Origin: Terriglobia bacterium
GTDB taxonomy: Bacteria; Acidobacteriota; Terriglobia; Acidiferrales; UBA7541
Direction of reading: 5' to 3'
DNA: 64,000 bases
Assembly: GCA_041484365.1 (NCBI GenBank)
Contig: JBGPHM010000011.1
Location: 2,723-66,722, forward strand
Numbering within the stretch: the first letter of the stretch is position 1; every line of letters begins with the position of its first letter. The notes below the pieces were generated by a model. The model saw nothing but the letters and a program-made list of their open reading frames with translations, was not told where the DNA came from and searched no databases. A program made the translations under genes and the position numbers. Positions 45,599 to 56,200 of the stretch are shown piece by piece.

Positions 45599-47137
45599 AT
45601 GCGCCGAATTGTCGAATGCGTACCGAACTTTAGCGAGGGGCGTGACGTCTCTAAGATAGAGGCAATCATCGCCGCTATGCGCGAAGTCCCGGGTGTCGCC
45701 ATACTCGACCGTGAATCCGACGCCGACCACAACCGGATGGTTGTCACGATTGCGGGCGAGCCGGAGGCAGTCGCAGAGGCCGCTCTGCGCGGCGTGGGCA
45801 AGGCGCAGGAATTGATTGACCTTACAAAACATAACGGCGCTCATCCGCGCATGGGCGCGACCGACGTGGTTCCCTTCATTCCCATCGAGGGCGTCGAAAT
45901 CGAGGATTGCGTCGCGCTGGCGAAGCGCGTCGGCCGCGAAATCTGGGAGCGCTACCACATCCCGGTCTATTTCTACGAAGCCGCGGCGCAACATCCAGAC
46001 CGCACGAATTTAGAAAACATTCGCAAGGGACAGTTCGAGGGATTGCGCGAAGAAATCCAGACGAACCCGGATCGCGCGCCCGATATAGGCGAACGCAAAT
46101 TGCACCCCACGGCGGGTGCGACCGTCGTTGGCGCGCGCAAGTTCCTGATCGCCTACAACGTCAATCTGGATACGCCCGACGTAAAAATTGCGAACAAGAT
46201 TGCCAAGTCCATCCGCTACTCCTCCGGCGGCCTGCGGTATGTGAAATCCATGGGAGTCGAACTGAAGTCGCGCGGCCTGGCGCAAGTCTCCATTAACCTG
46301 ACGGATTTTGAGCAGACGCCCATGCACCGCGTTTTTGAAATGGTGCGCCGCGAGGCCGAGCGCCACGGCTGCCGGATCGTCGGCAGCGAGATTGTGGGCC
46401 TCGTGCCAAAGAAGGCCCTGGAGATGGCCGCGGACTTCTTTCTGCAGCTTGAAGGGTTTAAGCCCGAGATGGTCTTTGAGAACCGCCTGGCAGCGGCTCT
46501 GTCAGGGGCGCCCATGGAGACGACCGGCCTTGGCAGGTATGCGGCGCTTGCGACCCCATTGCTGGATGCGGTGGCCGCTCCCACACCGACACCCGGAGGA
46601 GGCTCCGTGGCAGCGCTGGCGGGCGCTCTGGCGGCCTCTTTGGGTCAAATGGTGGCTGGGCTGGCCCGGAAGAAGAAATCCCACGCAGCGCACTCAGATG
46701 CGCTCAGCGCTGCAATTTCAGAGCTGGAACAGGTCTCGAAGGCTCTCGCCAAAGCGATGGACATCGACGCCGCCGCCTATGACTCCGTTCTCACCGCCTT
46801 CAAGTTGCCAAAGGGCACGCCTGAAGACGATAGCCATCGCGAGGCCGCAATCGCCAATGCCCTTTCATTGGCGGCGGAAGTCCCGATGGGCGTCGCCGAA
46901 CTGGTCTCGAAGCTTTATGACCGGTTGGGACAACTGGAAGCCATTACGCCAGCGTCTATGATGTCAGACCTTCAGGTGGCACGGATGATGGCCGTTGCGG
47001 CGGCGCATGGCGCGCTTGCAAACGTGGAAATCAATCTGGAGACTCTTACAGACAAGGATTTCGTGACCGAAATGAGATTTCGCATAGCAGCCGTCCATGC
47101 AGGTCTGGCTCCGCGCCCGGCCGCAATGGCGCGTTAG
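45599..47137 (+). CDS. ftcD: bifunctional glutamate formimidoyltransferase / formimidoyl-THF cyclodeaminase (FTCD-like fusion)
   Basis: The N-terminus IVECVPNFSEGRD...HPRMGATDVVPFIP is formiminotransferase-like. The C-terminal roughly 190 aa (PTPGGGSVAALAGALAASLGQMV...) is a cyclodeaminase/cyclohydrolase helical domain. Confidence 0.88.
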   Translation: MRRIVECVPNFSEGRDVSKIEAIIAAMREVPGVAILDRESDADHNRMVVTIAGEPEAVAEAALRGVGKAQELIDLTKHNGAHPRMGATDVVPFIPIEGVEIEDCVALAKRVGREIWERYHIPVYFYEAAAQHPDRTNLENIRKGQFEGLREEIQTNPDRAPDIGERKLHPTAGATVVGARKFLIAYNVNLDTPDVKIANKIAKSIRYSSGGLRYVKSMGVELKSRGLAQVSINLTDFEQTPMHRVFEMVRREAERHGCRIVGSEIVGLVPKKALEMAADFFLQLEGFKPEMVFENRLAAALSGAPMETTGLGRYAALATPLLDAVAAPTPTPGGGSVAALAGALAASLGQMVAGLARKKKSHAAHSDALSAAISELEQVSKALAKAMDIDAAAYDSVLTAFKLPKGTPEDDSHREAAIANALSLAAEVPMGVAELVSKLYDRLGQLEAITPASMMSDLQVARMMAVAAAHGALANVEINLETLTDKDFVTEMRFRIAAVHAGLAPRPAAMAR

Positions 47138-47168
47138 CTTCGCACGACGAATTTCTGAGGGGTGAATT

Positions 47169-48182
47169 ATGAAGGCAGCAAGGATTGCAGTAATAGTTGT
47201 ACTTTTGTCGCTGGCGCTCGTTCTCTCAATGATCGCGCCCCGCGCCCATGCCGGGTCGCTCAGCACGGACATCATCGGTCTCTTCCCAAGCACCGTCGGC
47301 GAATTCGCTTACGCGGACCTTCGCCAGGCGCGCCAGTTTCCCTGGTTCGCACAATTGAAGGAGCAGATGCTGCCTGCTCGCTTCAAACAATTTGAACAGT
47401 TCCTCACGGCAGCTGGTATGGACCCGAATGCCCAAGTTGAAGAGGTGGCATGGGGCCTTGTCCCTACAACCATGGGCCAAGGAGCCTCTGCGGGGATTCC
47501 GACCGCGGAGCAAATCCTTGGCATCGCGCTCGGGCAATTTCAACCGGCTGCGGCGCAAGCCTACTTCAAGGCGCAAAAGACACCTACCGTCGCCACCCAT
47601 GGGTACACGCTCTACGCGTTTGGCGGCGGGGCAGCGACCGAAGACCTCTACTTGCTTTTCCTCGATTCAAGCACGGCCGCATTCGGCCAAAGGGCCACGC
47701 TCGAAAAGCTGCTTGATGTCCGCATTGGCGTTCAGCCAAATCTGGTCCACAACGATCAGATGTATGCCTTAATCAAGCAGGCCAACGGACGCGGGATTGT
47801 CTGGGCGATTTTGAATCCGGGCTACACTCGACTTGCCTTGCAGCAGCTTGTCCCGGAAACATCTCAGTTCCCGGAGGCCCCGAAACTTCTCGCCAAGATC
47901 AAGTCACTCTTGATCCGTATTCAGTCATCCAATGGCATCGAGGCCGATTTTGACGCCACCTGCGCCACGTCGGAGGACGCCAATCAGATGGGCGCTCTTC
48001 TGGGAGCCGGGTTCATGCTTTTGAAAATGCAAGCCAACGCGCAGAACAACACTGGCCTCGCTCAAATGATTGACGGCGCAAAGGTCAATCCCTCTGGCGA
48101 TCAACTGAGTATTAGTATCGGGCTGACAAACGATCAGGTCGTTTCACTGATTCAGAGCAAGACGTTTGCGTTCAAGATGTAG
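47169..48182 (+). CDS. exported hypothetical protein, last gene of the hut-linked operon
   Basis: GAGGGGTG is the ribosome-binding site. Signal peptide MKAARIAVIVVLLSLALVLSMIAPRAHA. I do not recognise any motif. Confidence 0.6.
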   Translation: MKAARIAVIVVLLSLALVLSMIAPRAHAGSLSTDIIGLFPSTVGEFAYADLRQARQFPWFAQLKEQMLPARFKQFEQFLTAAGMDPNAQVEEVAWGLVPTTMGQGASAGIPTAEQILGIALGQFQPAAAQAYFKAQKTPTVATHGYTLYAFGGGAATEDLYLLFLDSSTAAFGQRATLEKLLDVRIGVQPNLVHNDQMYALIKQANGRGIVWAILNPGYTRLALQQLVPETSQFPEAPKLLAKIKSLLIRIQSSNGIEADFDATCATSEDANQMGALLGAGFMLLKMQANAQNNTGLAQMIDGAKVNPSGDQLSISIGLTNDQVVSLIQSKTFAFKM

Positions 48183-48205
48183 GGAGTTTCCTGCGTTGAG
48201 TATCA

Positions 48206-48601
48206 CTAGCGCTTCTTGCGGCTGGGCGTGAGGTTTTTTACCAACTTCAACCGGATGGTGTCGCCGGACGATTCAAGCGCCACGGAATCAAGTTTCCCTG
48301 CCAGCAATGTGCGAATCTTCTCCCCTTTTTCTACCTTTGTGTTTTCACCTCGAAAAAGAAGAATCGCCTCAATCTTGCCAGCGGGTGAGGCAATGGACAT
48401 TTGCACTGGAGTGTTGTTTCCGGACGACGCGCCGAAGACTTCGTGAAAGGCGTCCTCGAAGGCGGCTACAAGGTTCGCCCTCGCCCCTTCGTCCAGTCCG
48501 GCGGCCTCCGCGAAGTGGTTCACGGCCGCTGACACCCCAGCCAGGAGGCGCGGATCGCTGGATATCACGAGATCGAGTCTGCCCGTTTCAGTCGGTTCCA
48601 C
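48206..48601 (-). CDS. hypothetical protein with a degenerate RsbW/SpoIIAB-like (GHKL fold) N-terminal pattern
   Basis: LDLVISSDPRLLAGVSAAVNHFAEAAGLDEGARANLVAAFEDAFHEVF mimics the anti-sigma kinase layout. It lacks the N-box Asn and the G-boxes. The GTG start overlaps the upstream small ORF by 14 nt. Confidence 0.5.
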   Translation of the reverse strand: MEPTETGRLDLVISSDPRLLAGVSAAVNHFAEAAGLDEGARANLVAAFEDAFHEVFGASSGNNTPVQMSIASPAGKIEAILLFRGENTKVEKGEKIRTLLAGKLDSVALESSGDTIRLKLVKNLTPSRKKR

Positions 48602-48767
48602 TGCGCACCACGCTGACTTCGCAAGCCTCTCGGCAATCCGGACAGTAATACAGGCCGTCCACGCACAGGCGGATGTTATATACGCCCTTGCAGAAGATGC
48701 AGTAGCGGTCGCACTTACACTCCTGCTCAGTCTTTTCGCAAACCGCGCAGACCACCCGTTCGTCCAC
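48588..48767 (-). CDS. unannotated 59-aa Cys-rich (Zn-ribbon-like) microprotein
   Basis: GTG-48767 lies 5 nt after GGAGG (48773-48777). Translation: MDERVVCAVCEKTEQECKCDRYCIFCKGVYNIRLCVDGLYYCPDCREACEVSVVRSGTD. It has 10 Cys in a CxxC/CxC/CxxC/C/CxxC/C pattern. GC3 is about 75% (44/59 by hand count). It falls below the 60-aa ORF-track cutoff. Confidence 0.6.
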   Translation of the reverse strand: MDERVVCAVCEKTEQECKCDRYCIFCKGVYNIRLCVDGLYYCPDCREACEVSVVRSGTD

Positions 48768-48786
48768 GTCCGCCTCCTATTTCACT

Positions 48787-48996
48787 TTATACGAGCAGAT
48801 TCCTCTCGACAAGCCGCAAGTTGGGGCCGATTTCGGGCGCCAATCCTCTGTCCATTCCCTGTTCCACGATTGGCGCATATCCCACGGCAGATTCTTGACC
48901 GTCGAACGCAAGGCTGCTATAAACAAACGCTTGCTTATCTATAAGATTCTCGCCTGCAAGATCTTCTAAGAGGGAATTTAACACCGGAGGGTGCAT
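48787..48996 (-). CDS. possible small ORF (69 aa), weakly supported
   Basis: ATG-48996 gives MHPPVLNSLLEDLAGENLIDKQ.... GC3 is only about 54% and the region doubles as the hppA promoter/5' region. The longer 95-aa version overlaps hppA. Confidence 0.2.
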   Translation of the reverse strand: MHPPVLNSLLEDLAGENLIDKQAFVYSSLAFDGQESAVGYAPIVEQGMDRGLAPEIGPNLRLVERNLLV

Positions 48997-51166
48997 GTCG
49001 GTAACCGTGACACAGTGGGTCTGGTTCATTATGTCCGTGAGCGGCATTTCGCTCTTGATGGCCTGGGTATTCACACGTCAAGTCCTTTCGGCGGACACAG
49101 GCACGGCGCAGATGCAGGAGATCGCTGGGGCCATTAAAGAAGGCGCCGAAGCATTCATGAAGCGCCAGTACAAGACGATTTACATTTTCTGCGCCCTCCT
49201 GGCGATCGTGCTTTTCTTCTTCTATGCCAGAACGAAAACCACGCCGCTCGCGATCAAGACCGTCGTCTCGTTCCTTGCCGGCGCGGTCTGTTCCGGACTC
49301 GCCGGGTTCTCGGGGATGTTTGTTTCCATCCGCGCGAACCTGCGCGCCGCAAGCGCCGCTCGCACGAGCCTGAATCGGGCGATGCAACTGGCGCTACGCG
49401 GCGGTGCGGTGACCGGCTTGAGCGTGGTGGCTCTTTCACTGCTCGGCGTAGGCCTGATTTTCCTCGCGTTTGGCGGCATGAAATATCCGACCACAGTTCC
49501 CTATGAAATCGTGGGTTTTGGATTTGGAGCAAGCTTTGTGGCGCTCTTTGCGCAGCTTGGCGGCGGAATTTACACAAAGGCTGCCGATGTCGGCGCGGAT
49601 CTCGTTGGCAAAGTGGAAGCGGGCATTCCTGAAGACGACCCCCGCAATCCCGCTGTGATCGCAGACCTCGTAGGCGACAACGTTGGCGACTGCGCTGGAC
49701 GCGGCGCGGACCTCTTCGAGTCCACCGCGGCTGAGAATATCGGCGCGATGATCCTTGGCGTGGCGCTCTTTGGGACTTTTGGAGTACCCGGGATCTTTTT
49801 CCCGCTTGTCGCGCGCGCATTCGGGTTGATTGCTTCGATTATTGGGATCTTGAGCGTGAAGTTGAAAAATGAAGAAGAAGACCCGATGTCCGCGCTGAAC
49901 CGCGGCTACATGATCACTTCCGTGCTTGCCATCGCTGGGTTTTATGTTGCCGTGCGATTCCTGCTGCATAACAACCTATGGTTTTTCACCGCGGGCGTCA
50001 TCGGCATAATCAACAGCTTCATTTTCGTCTGGATCACGCAGTACTACACCGAATACCGTTACCGTCCCGTGCTCTCCATCGCCAAGGCTTCTATCACCGG
50101 CTCCGCAACGAACATCATCACTGGTTTGGCCGTGGGAATGGAATGTACAGCCTTGCCCACCATCGCGATTTCTGCCGCAATCCTGAGTTCCTACTACTGC
50201 GGAGCGCACGCCCTTCCCGGTGTTCACGGCGCGGGCTTGTTTGGCACCGCCATGGCAACAATGGGAATGCTGAGCACAGCCGCATACATCCTCGCTATGG
50301 ACACCTTCGGGCCCATCACGGACAACGCCGGCGGCATCATCGAAATGTCCGGCGCGCCGGAGGAAGTGCGGAAACGCACGGACAGGCTGGACTCCGTGGG
50401 CAACACAACGAAGGCGCTGACGAAGGGTTATGCGATTGGCTCAGCGGCGCTCGCGGCATTCCTGCTCTTCTCCGCCTACCTGGACCAAATTACGGAATTG
50501 ATGCGCGCAAGACTCAGAACCGATCCCGGCCTTATGACTGCGCTGAAGCTGAATCGGGTGGAAGACTATTTCTTCACCCATGTGGATATCAGCAAGGTTC
50601 CTGTGTTCATCGCGGCCTTGATTGGCGCGGCGCTGGTGTTCCTCTTCAGCGCGTTTGCCATCAAGGCGGTTGGCAAGGCCGCCTATTCTGTGATTGAGGA
50701 AGTTCGCCGACAATTCCGTGAAAACCCAGGCATTATGCAGGGCACCTCAAAACCGGATTACGGCACTTGCGTGGATATCGTCACGAAGGGCGCGCTGAAG
50801 GCCATGGTTGTCCCGGGAATGCTGGCGATCGGCGTGCCGGTGGCCGTCGGTTTCCTTTTCAAATTCTTCGCCACGCGCGAGGATCCAACGCTTGGAGCCG
50901 AGGCGGTTGCCGCTGTGCTGATGGTTGGCACGATTGTCGGTGTCCTGCTCGCAACATTAATGAACAACGGCGGCGGCGCTTGGGACAACGCCAAGAAGTT
51001 TATCGAGACAGGCCAATTGGGTGGCAAGAAATCCGAGGCTCACAAGGCCGCTGTTGTGGGCGATACCGTCGGGGATCCATTCAAAGACACCGCGGGGCCT
51101 TCACTTCACGTTCTTATTAAGCTGCTCTGCACAGTGACGTTCGTAATGGCACCGCTGTTCTTGTAG
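48995..51166 (+). CDS. hppA: membrane-bound proton-translocating pyrophosphatase, K+-independent type
   Basis: GGAGGG is the ribosome-binding site. There are about 16 TMs. Contains DVGADLVGKVE, DNVGDCAGRGADLFES and GDTVGDPFKDTAGPSL. GNTTKA (Lys rather than Ala) marks the K+-independent clade. Confidence 0.97.
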   Translation: MSVTVTQWVWFIMSVSGISLLMAWVFTRQVLSADTGTAQMQEIAGAIKEGAEAFMKRQYKTIYIFCALLAIVLFFFYARTKTTPLAIKTVVSFLAGAVCSGLAGFSGMFVSIRANLRAASAARTSLNRAMQLALRGGAVTGLSVVALSLLGVGLIFLAFGGMKYPTTVPYEIVGFGFGASFVALFAQLGGGIYTKAADVGADLVGKVEAGIPEDDPRNPAVIADLVGDNVGDCAGRGADLFESTAAENIGAMILGVALFGTFGVPGIFFPLVARAFGLIASIIGILSVKLKNEEEDPMSALNRGYMITSVLAIAGFYVAVRFLLHNNLWFFTAGVIGIINSFIFVWITQYYTEYRYRPVLSIAKASITGSATNIITGLAVGMECTALPTIAISAAILSSYYCGAHALPGVHGAGLFGTAMATMGMLSTAAYILAMDTFGPITDNAGGIIEMSGAPEEVRKRTDRLDSVGNTTKALTKGYAIGSAALAAFLLFSAYLDQITELMRARLRTDPGLMTALKLNRVEDYFFTHVDISKVPVFIAALIGAALVFLFSAFAIKAVGKAAYSVIEEVRRQFRENPGIMQGTSKPDYGTCVDIVTKGALKAMVVPGMLAIGVPVAVGFLFKFFATREDPTLGAEAVAAVLMVGTIVGVLLATLMNNGGGAWDNAKKFIETGQLGGKKSEAHKAAVVGDTVGDPFKDTAGPSLHVLIKLLCTVTFVMAPLFL

Positions 51167-51205
51167 TTGGACTCTTTAAGAAGACATCACCTCTGCAGAA
51201 GTGTA

Positions 51206-51245
51206 CACCGGGCGGCCTCCATCGAGGCCGCCCGGTGCTTTTCTG
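51206..51245 (+). terminator. strong rho-independent terminator after hppA
   Basis: Perfect 14-bp stem caccgggcggcctc/gaggccgcccggtg with loop catc, followed by cttttct. It sits between convergent genes. Confidence 0.8.
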
Positions 51246-51267
51246 ATTCGGGCTGCGGGAGATGATT

Positions 51268-53148
51268 TCAGGTGGAGCTTGCCACTTCATTTGGGGCGAG
51301 AACTTCAGTCAACTTTGCGATCAAGTCTTTGTGGGAAAAAGGCTTGGACAGTATGTGCGCGTCAAGGGGGAGGCTTTCTTGATCCCTTGGCCTGAATTCA
51401 ATGTAGCCGGTCATAAACAGAATTCGCATTCCCGGACGATCTACGGAAAGGTTTCGAGCGAGAATCGCCCCATTCATTCCCGGCATCACGACATCCGTTA
51501 TCAGCAAATGGATTTGGCCTTTGTACGAATTGGCGACCTCGATTGCGTGCGCTCCGTTCGCGGCCGTTAGGACATGGTATCCATCCCCTTGTAACTGGCC
51601 GGAAATCAAATCCCGAATGGCTTCCTCGTCTTCCACAAGAAGCACCGTCTCGGTTGGTATGATTGACGTGCCTGCAGTGGGTGCGCCGACTGATGGCGAT
51701 ATGGCCTGAGTGACCTCCGGAAGGAGAATCTTGAACGTCGTCCCTTCGCCGGGACTGCTGGTCACCCATACGTATCCGCCGCTTTGCTTCACCACGCCAT
51801 AGACGGTAGCGAGACCCAGCCCTGTTCCTTTCCCCTTTTCCTTCGTCGTAAAAAATGGCTCAAAGATATGTAGCTGCGTCTCCGCGTCCATTCCGATTCC
51901 CGAATCGCTGACTGTCAATCGCACGTATCGCCCGGGCTCAACGGCGTACCCCATGCTGGCGCCGAAGGACTCCTCCAACACCTCGTTGCAGGTCTCGATG
52001 CGAAGCTTGCCTCCCCACGGCATCGCATCGCGGGCGTTAAGGACCAGATTCATGACGATTTGCTCAAGTTGGGTTTGATCTACTTTAGCCTTGCCAACAC
52101 CTGGATCAAGGGCCATATTCAGTTCAATATTTTCTCCAATCAGGCGTCGCAGCATCCTGCCCATGTCGGCGACTACACCGTTCGGATCCAACACCCTGGG
52201 TTGAAGTACCTGTTGACGGCTGAACGCAAGCAACTGGCGCGTCAATCCTGCCGCACGCTGCCCGGCCTTCTTAATTTCAATTACGTTCTTGATCGAACCT
52301 TCGTCCTTCTTGAGTTGAACCTCGAGAATTTCGGCGTAACCGATGATGACGCTTAGAAGATTATTGAAATCGTGGGCGACTCCGCCCGAGAGGCGTCCCA
52401 CAGCCTCCATTTTCTGGGCTTGCCGGACCTGATCTTCCCTTTGACGAAGCGACTCTCCTGACTTTTTCCGCTCCGTGACGTCGCGATTCACAATAATCAA
52501 CTTCTGCACTTCTCCATCCTTATTCCGCACCGTGCTTGCCGCCGATTCCAGGTTTCTCCATGTGCCGTCCTTATGACGAAACCGGTATTCCACGCGGCAG
52601 CCTATTCCAGTCCGCAGAGCCTGGTCGGCGGCGGTTTTCACCTCGTCCCGGTCGTCTGGATGAATCTGGTCGAATGCGGACGAATTCTTCAATTCAGCAT
52701 CTGTGTACCCAAGGGTTCTTTCGTAGGAGGGGCTGTTGTAGAGTCTCCGTCCCTTGTTGTCCACAACCGCGATGAGATCGGCGGCATGCTCGCCAATCAA
52801 ATAGAACATCTCCTGGCTCTCAAGCAGTTGCCTGCGCGTGCGATTCAGTTGGCGCTGCTGATAATAAGCGTAACAGTCGAAGAGAAGTACGAGCGCGACC
52901 AACCCACGGATACTCTCGCGCAAATTGAGTTCGTAAATAAAATCTCTTTGGCCAAAGATGGAAGGAAATGAGAAAGAAATCATTCCTGCTGTCAAAAGGA
53001 TGGTGACTGCAGTGACTGAAAACCAGAGCCACCACTGGCGGCGCTCTGCCTGGTGCATGCGATTACGGATCGTTTCTGAGCGGTCGGAACCGCCGGTGCT
53101 GTCGACAGGCGCAACCTTACGACCGTGATGGAAGAGGGAGCCCACCAC
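51268..53148 (-). CDS. hybrid sensor histidine kinase / response regulator (2 TM, PAS, HisKA, HATPase, REC)
   Basis: The PAS region is followed by the H-box [11 protein letters not shown] boxes LNARDAM...DSGIGMD...GTGLGL, and a receiver [13 protein letters not shown]...[13 protein letters not shown]. Confidence 0.92.
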   Translation of the reverse strand: MVGSLFHHGRKVAPVDSTGGSDRSETIRNRMHQAERRQWWLWFSVTAVTILLTAGMISFSFPSIFGQRDFIYELNLRESIRGLVALVLLFDCYAYYQQRQLNRTRRQLLESQEMFYLIGEHAADLIAVVDNKGRRLYNSPSYERTLGYTDAELKNSSAFDQIHPDDRDEVKTAADQALRTGIGCRVEYRFRHKDGTWRNLESAASTVRNKDGEVQKLIIVNRDVTERKKSGESLRQREDQVRQAQKMEAVGRLSGGVAHDFNNLLSVIIGYAEILEVQLKKDEGSIKNVIEIKKAGQRAAGLTRQLLAFSRQQVLQPRVLDPNGVVADMGRMLRRLIGENIELNMALDPGVGKAKVDQTQLEQIVMNLVLNARDAMPWGGKLRIETCNEVLEESFGASMGYAVEPGRYVRLTVSDSGIGMDAETQLHIFEPFFTTKEKGKGTGLGLATVYGVVKQSGGYVWVTSSPGEGTTFKILLPEVTQAISPSVGAPTAGTSIIPTETVLLVEDEEAIRDLISGQLQGDGYHVLTAANGAHAIEVANSYKGQIHLLITDVVMPGMNGAILARNLSVDRPGMRILFMTGYIEFRPRDQESLPLDAHILSKPFSHKDLIAKLTEVLAPNEVASST

Positions 53149-53272
53149 CTCCCATTACAGCGGCCGGCAAGCCCCCGGTCAATAGACTATCTGGGAGGAT
53201 GGCGAAGCCTGTGTATTAACTTATCTGGTTACTTCTTTTATCGCCAACACACTACCACGTCAGAAAGCGCTC

Positions 53273-56200
53273 TTACTGCTCGCCGCGCTGCAACGTGTCG
53301 TATAGCGGACGCGCTGGCCATACGCTCGGAGCCTCATTGGCTACGGTGATGGCCAGAATCCGGACCTTATCGTTGCTTGGGAGCGTAAGCGTCCCAGCGC
53401 CCGCCGGAAGGTCGATCGCGTAGGCGAACAGGTAAGAATAAGCGTAAGGCGCGTTCGTGCCGTCGGCGTTGTGATGGTGCGAAGCGAACCACGCCACCGG
53501 CGCGCGTTTGATGAAGCCCGGCGTCAGACCGGCATATTCCATCACCGTGCGCATGCGCGGCGGCGTTCCCGGCGGTGGAGCGGGTGCATCCGGGCGCGGC
53601 GGTACCGGCTCCTGCCGCCTGCTCCACACGCGGTTGTCCCACTGGCCGATAAAGCCGCCCCAATCTTGAATCGTCAGATCGACAGGTGTGTAGGAGCCCG
53701 CACGGAATGTGGCGCGCTGGTCGCCATCGGATGACGCCGCGAGGATGTAAACGCGATTGAAGTTGCCAGCGGGAAGAGTGATCGTCTGGCCGCGTGCCGT
53801 GAGAGCATCTGGATTCCCTGCCCCGCCCGAGGCGACCTTGAATTGAATCCCGCCATAAGAAACGGTTGCTGGGAGCATTTCAGCAGGAATGGCATGCCTG
53901 GCATCGTCGAATCCCGTCGCGACCTTCTCGCCGTCCTTGCTGGAAACTGCCCGGTCATACGTAAGCGTTACGGCTTGAGACTTTGTTGCCGCCGAAGCGT
54001 GCGTGGGCGCCGCCAATCGCACGGCAAATGTGCGCGGTTGAAACGCGCCGAATGAAGTGACCACTTCCCCGTTCGCAACTGTGGCCACGCCAAGAGGTTG
54101 TTCTTGTGCATTCACTTCGCGAGCCGAGACAACTGGTGCCACAAAGCCGATGTGCACATTCGTCTGCGGAATGCCTTCCATCTCCACCATGCGCACGATT
54201 ACTTCATTGCTCAGCTCGGCTTTTTTCAATGCCAGCACTCGGACGCGGCTGTTGTTCGTCTTAAGAAGTGAAAATGATTTGCCGAGGCCGCCATCGTGCT
54301 GCGTCGTCGCGAAGGCGATCAATGGCTGATTGAGCCGGTATGCCTGCCAATCCGTTTCCGCTTCGCGCCAATCGCTCCCGTGTCCAGCGAGGCCAAAGAC
54401 GAATTCGTGGTGGCCCCAATCTTGAGAGATCTGGTCAATGTAGCCGCGGCTGTTGCCTTCACCGAGACCGGGCGTGTAAAGCAGCGTCAGCCGAAGAGTC
54501 TTGTTGTCCGGCTTGTCCGAGCCGTACTTACAATCGGAAAGAATCGTCACGCCGAAATTCGCGCTGCCGTCCGTCAAATCAAACCATTGGTGCGAGGCGT
54601 ACTCGAACTTGCGCGGCTCATCATTGCCGCGCGTGATTGTGCCGATGTCCCAGTTGTACGTCGCCTCGGGATTGGAAGCAGTCAACGGGAACACGGCCTT
54701 CAAGGCCGCTTCCGGCGTGAACCAGTCAATCACATTTGAGAATTCGACGCGGTTCCCGGCATCGCCCGCAGACAACCGGACAGCCTGCACAAAATGCGAC
54801 CGCTCGCCGTCGCGCTCCACTTCGATTGCGATTCGTACCGGCCCATTCTCCACCACTCGAATGTGCGCCGGCCCTTCTACATACGCTCGCGGCGCGCGCG
54901 TTTGATCCACGTAGTCCATATTCCACGCGGGCCAGTCATGTGGGCGTTCCGTCAGCAGCGCGAGTCGGATCGGGGCGGAAAGCAATTCGCGACTGATCTT
55001 TTTGTCGAAAATACTGGAGACGTCTCCGCTGTCGTCGAGCTTCACACGGTAGCGAGCATTTTCAAGGGATCGATCGCCGACCGTCAGTTCTCCCACCGTT
55101 GAATTTGGTGTGCCAATGCCTCTCACATCAAAAACACTGAATCCGACCGATTGCACTTTCGCAAGGAAAAGCAACTTCAATCCGCTTTGATCATCACTGA
55201 TCACTTGCGTGGGCACTTCCTTACCGTCCGGGCCGAAAACTTGTATTCCCCGCGGCATTCCGCCCATCGCATGTGGCAGAGTTGGAACGCGGGCTTCGAC
55301 CACATCTTCCCTGGAAATATTCAGCGGGTTATAGACGACTACCGAATCGCCCGTAGCGCGTGTGTCCATTCCGGCGGCAATCGATTCCGTCGCGCTCGTG
55401 AGCACGCCCGCGAACTGGTTCATCGCCAGCACGTCATCGTTCCACGAGTACTCGTACGACTTCGGCGTGGCCGTGCCCGCCATGATGTCGTGAAATTGCC
55501 CTCCCAGCACGAGCGCCCACGCGCGGTTCATCCGCTCCATGGGATAGGCGCGGCCGCCCAGCCATTCGGCGGCGACGGATGCGCGCTCGGCGGCGTCTGC
55601 GAGCAACTCGTTCTGGCGGTTCCAACGTTTACGAATCGTTTGCGAGGAGATCGACCCCGCTGTGTGGTTCGTCAATTCCAATTCCCCGCTGTAGCGAGGC
55701 ATCCGCGCAATCTGCGAAGGCGGTATATCCAGGAACATCTGGTCCGCATTCGAGGAGACCACGCGCAACGGCCCGTCTCCGACTTTAACGGGAGGATTCG
55801 CCGCCAGAGGCGGCGCCTGCTGCGCGGCTTGGCCACCTCCGCCGCGCCCGGCGTTGGGAGTCGGAATTACAGTCTCGCTCTTCGTTACGATTGCTTCGAG
55901 AAGCTTCACGGAAGGTTCGCGCGGCGAACCGCCCGTATCGCCGACTCCGTAGTAGTGGTAGTCCGTGAAAACGCCGCTCACACGGCCGTTCCGGTCAATC
56001 CGGTGCGGCCAGTCCACGTAATCGCGCGCCGGATTCGCACTGCTCTTGCTCAGGTCATACGTGATGTCGCCGTTGTAGCTTCCGGGATTCCACGCGGCAA
56101 TCACGCCGCGCCCGTCCGGCCCCTGCCAGAAGCCCACATTAAATGGAATTCCGATGGGAGTGTTTTCGCTTGTCGTGCCCGGCGAGCCTTCCGCGGACGA

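Noticed and set aside
48997-49074. The longer 95-aa version of the small minus-strand ORF (48787-49074) overlapping the hppA start.
   Set aside because: It overlaps the well-supported hppA N-terminus. It has low GC3 and no ribosome-binding site. Only the shorter version is kept, at low confidence.
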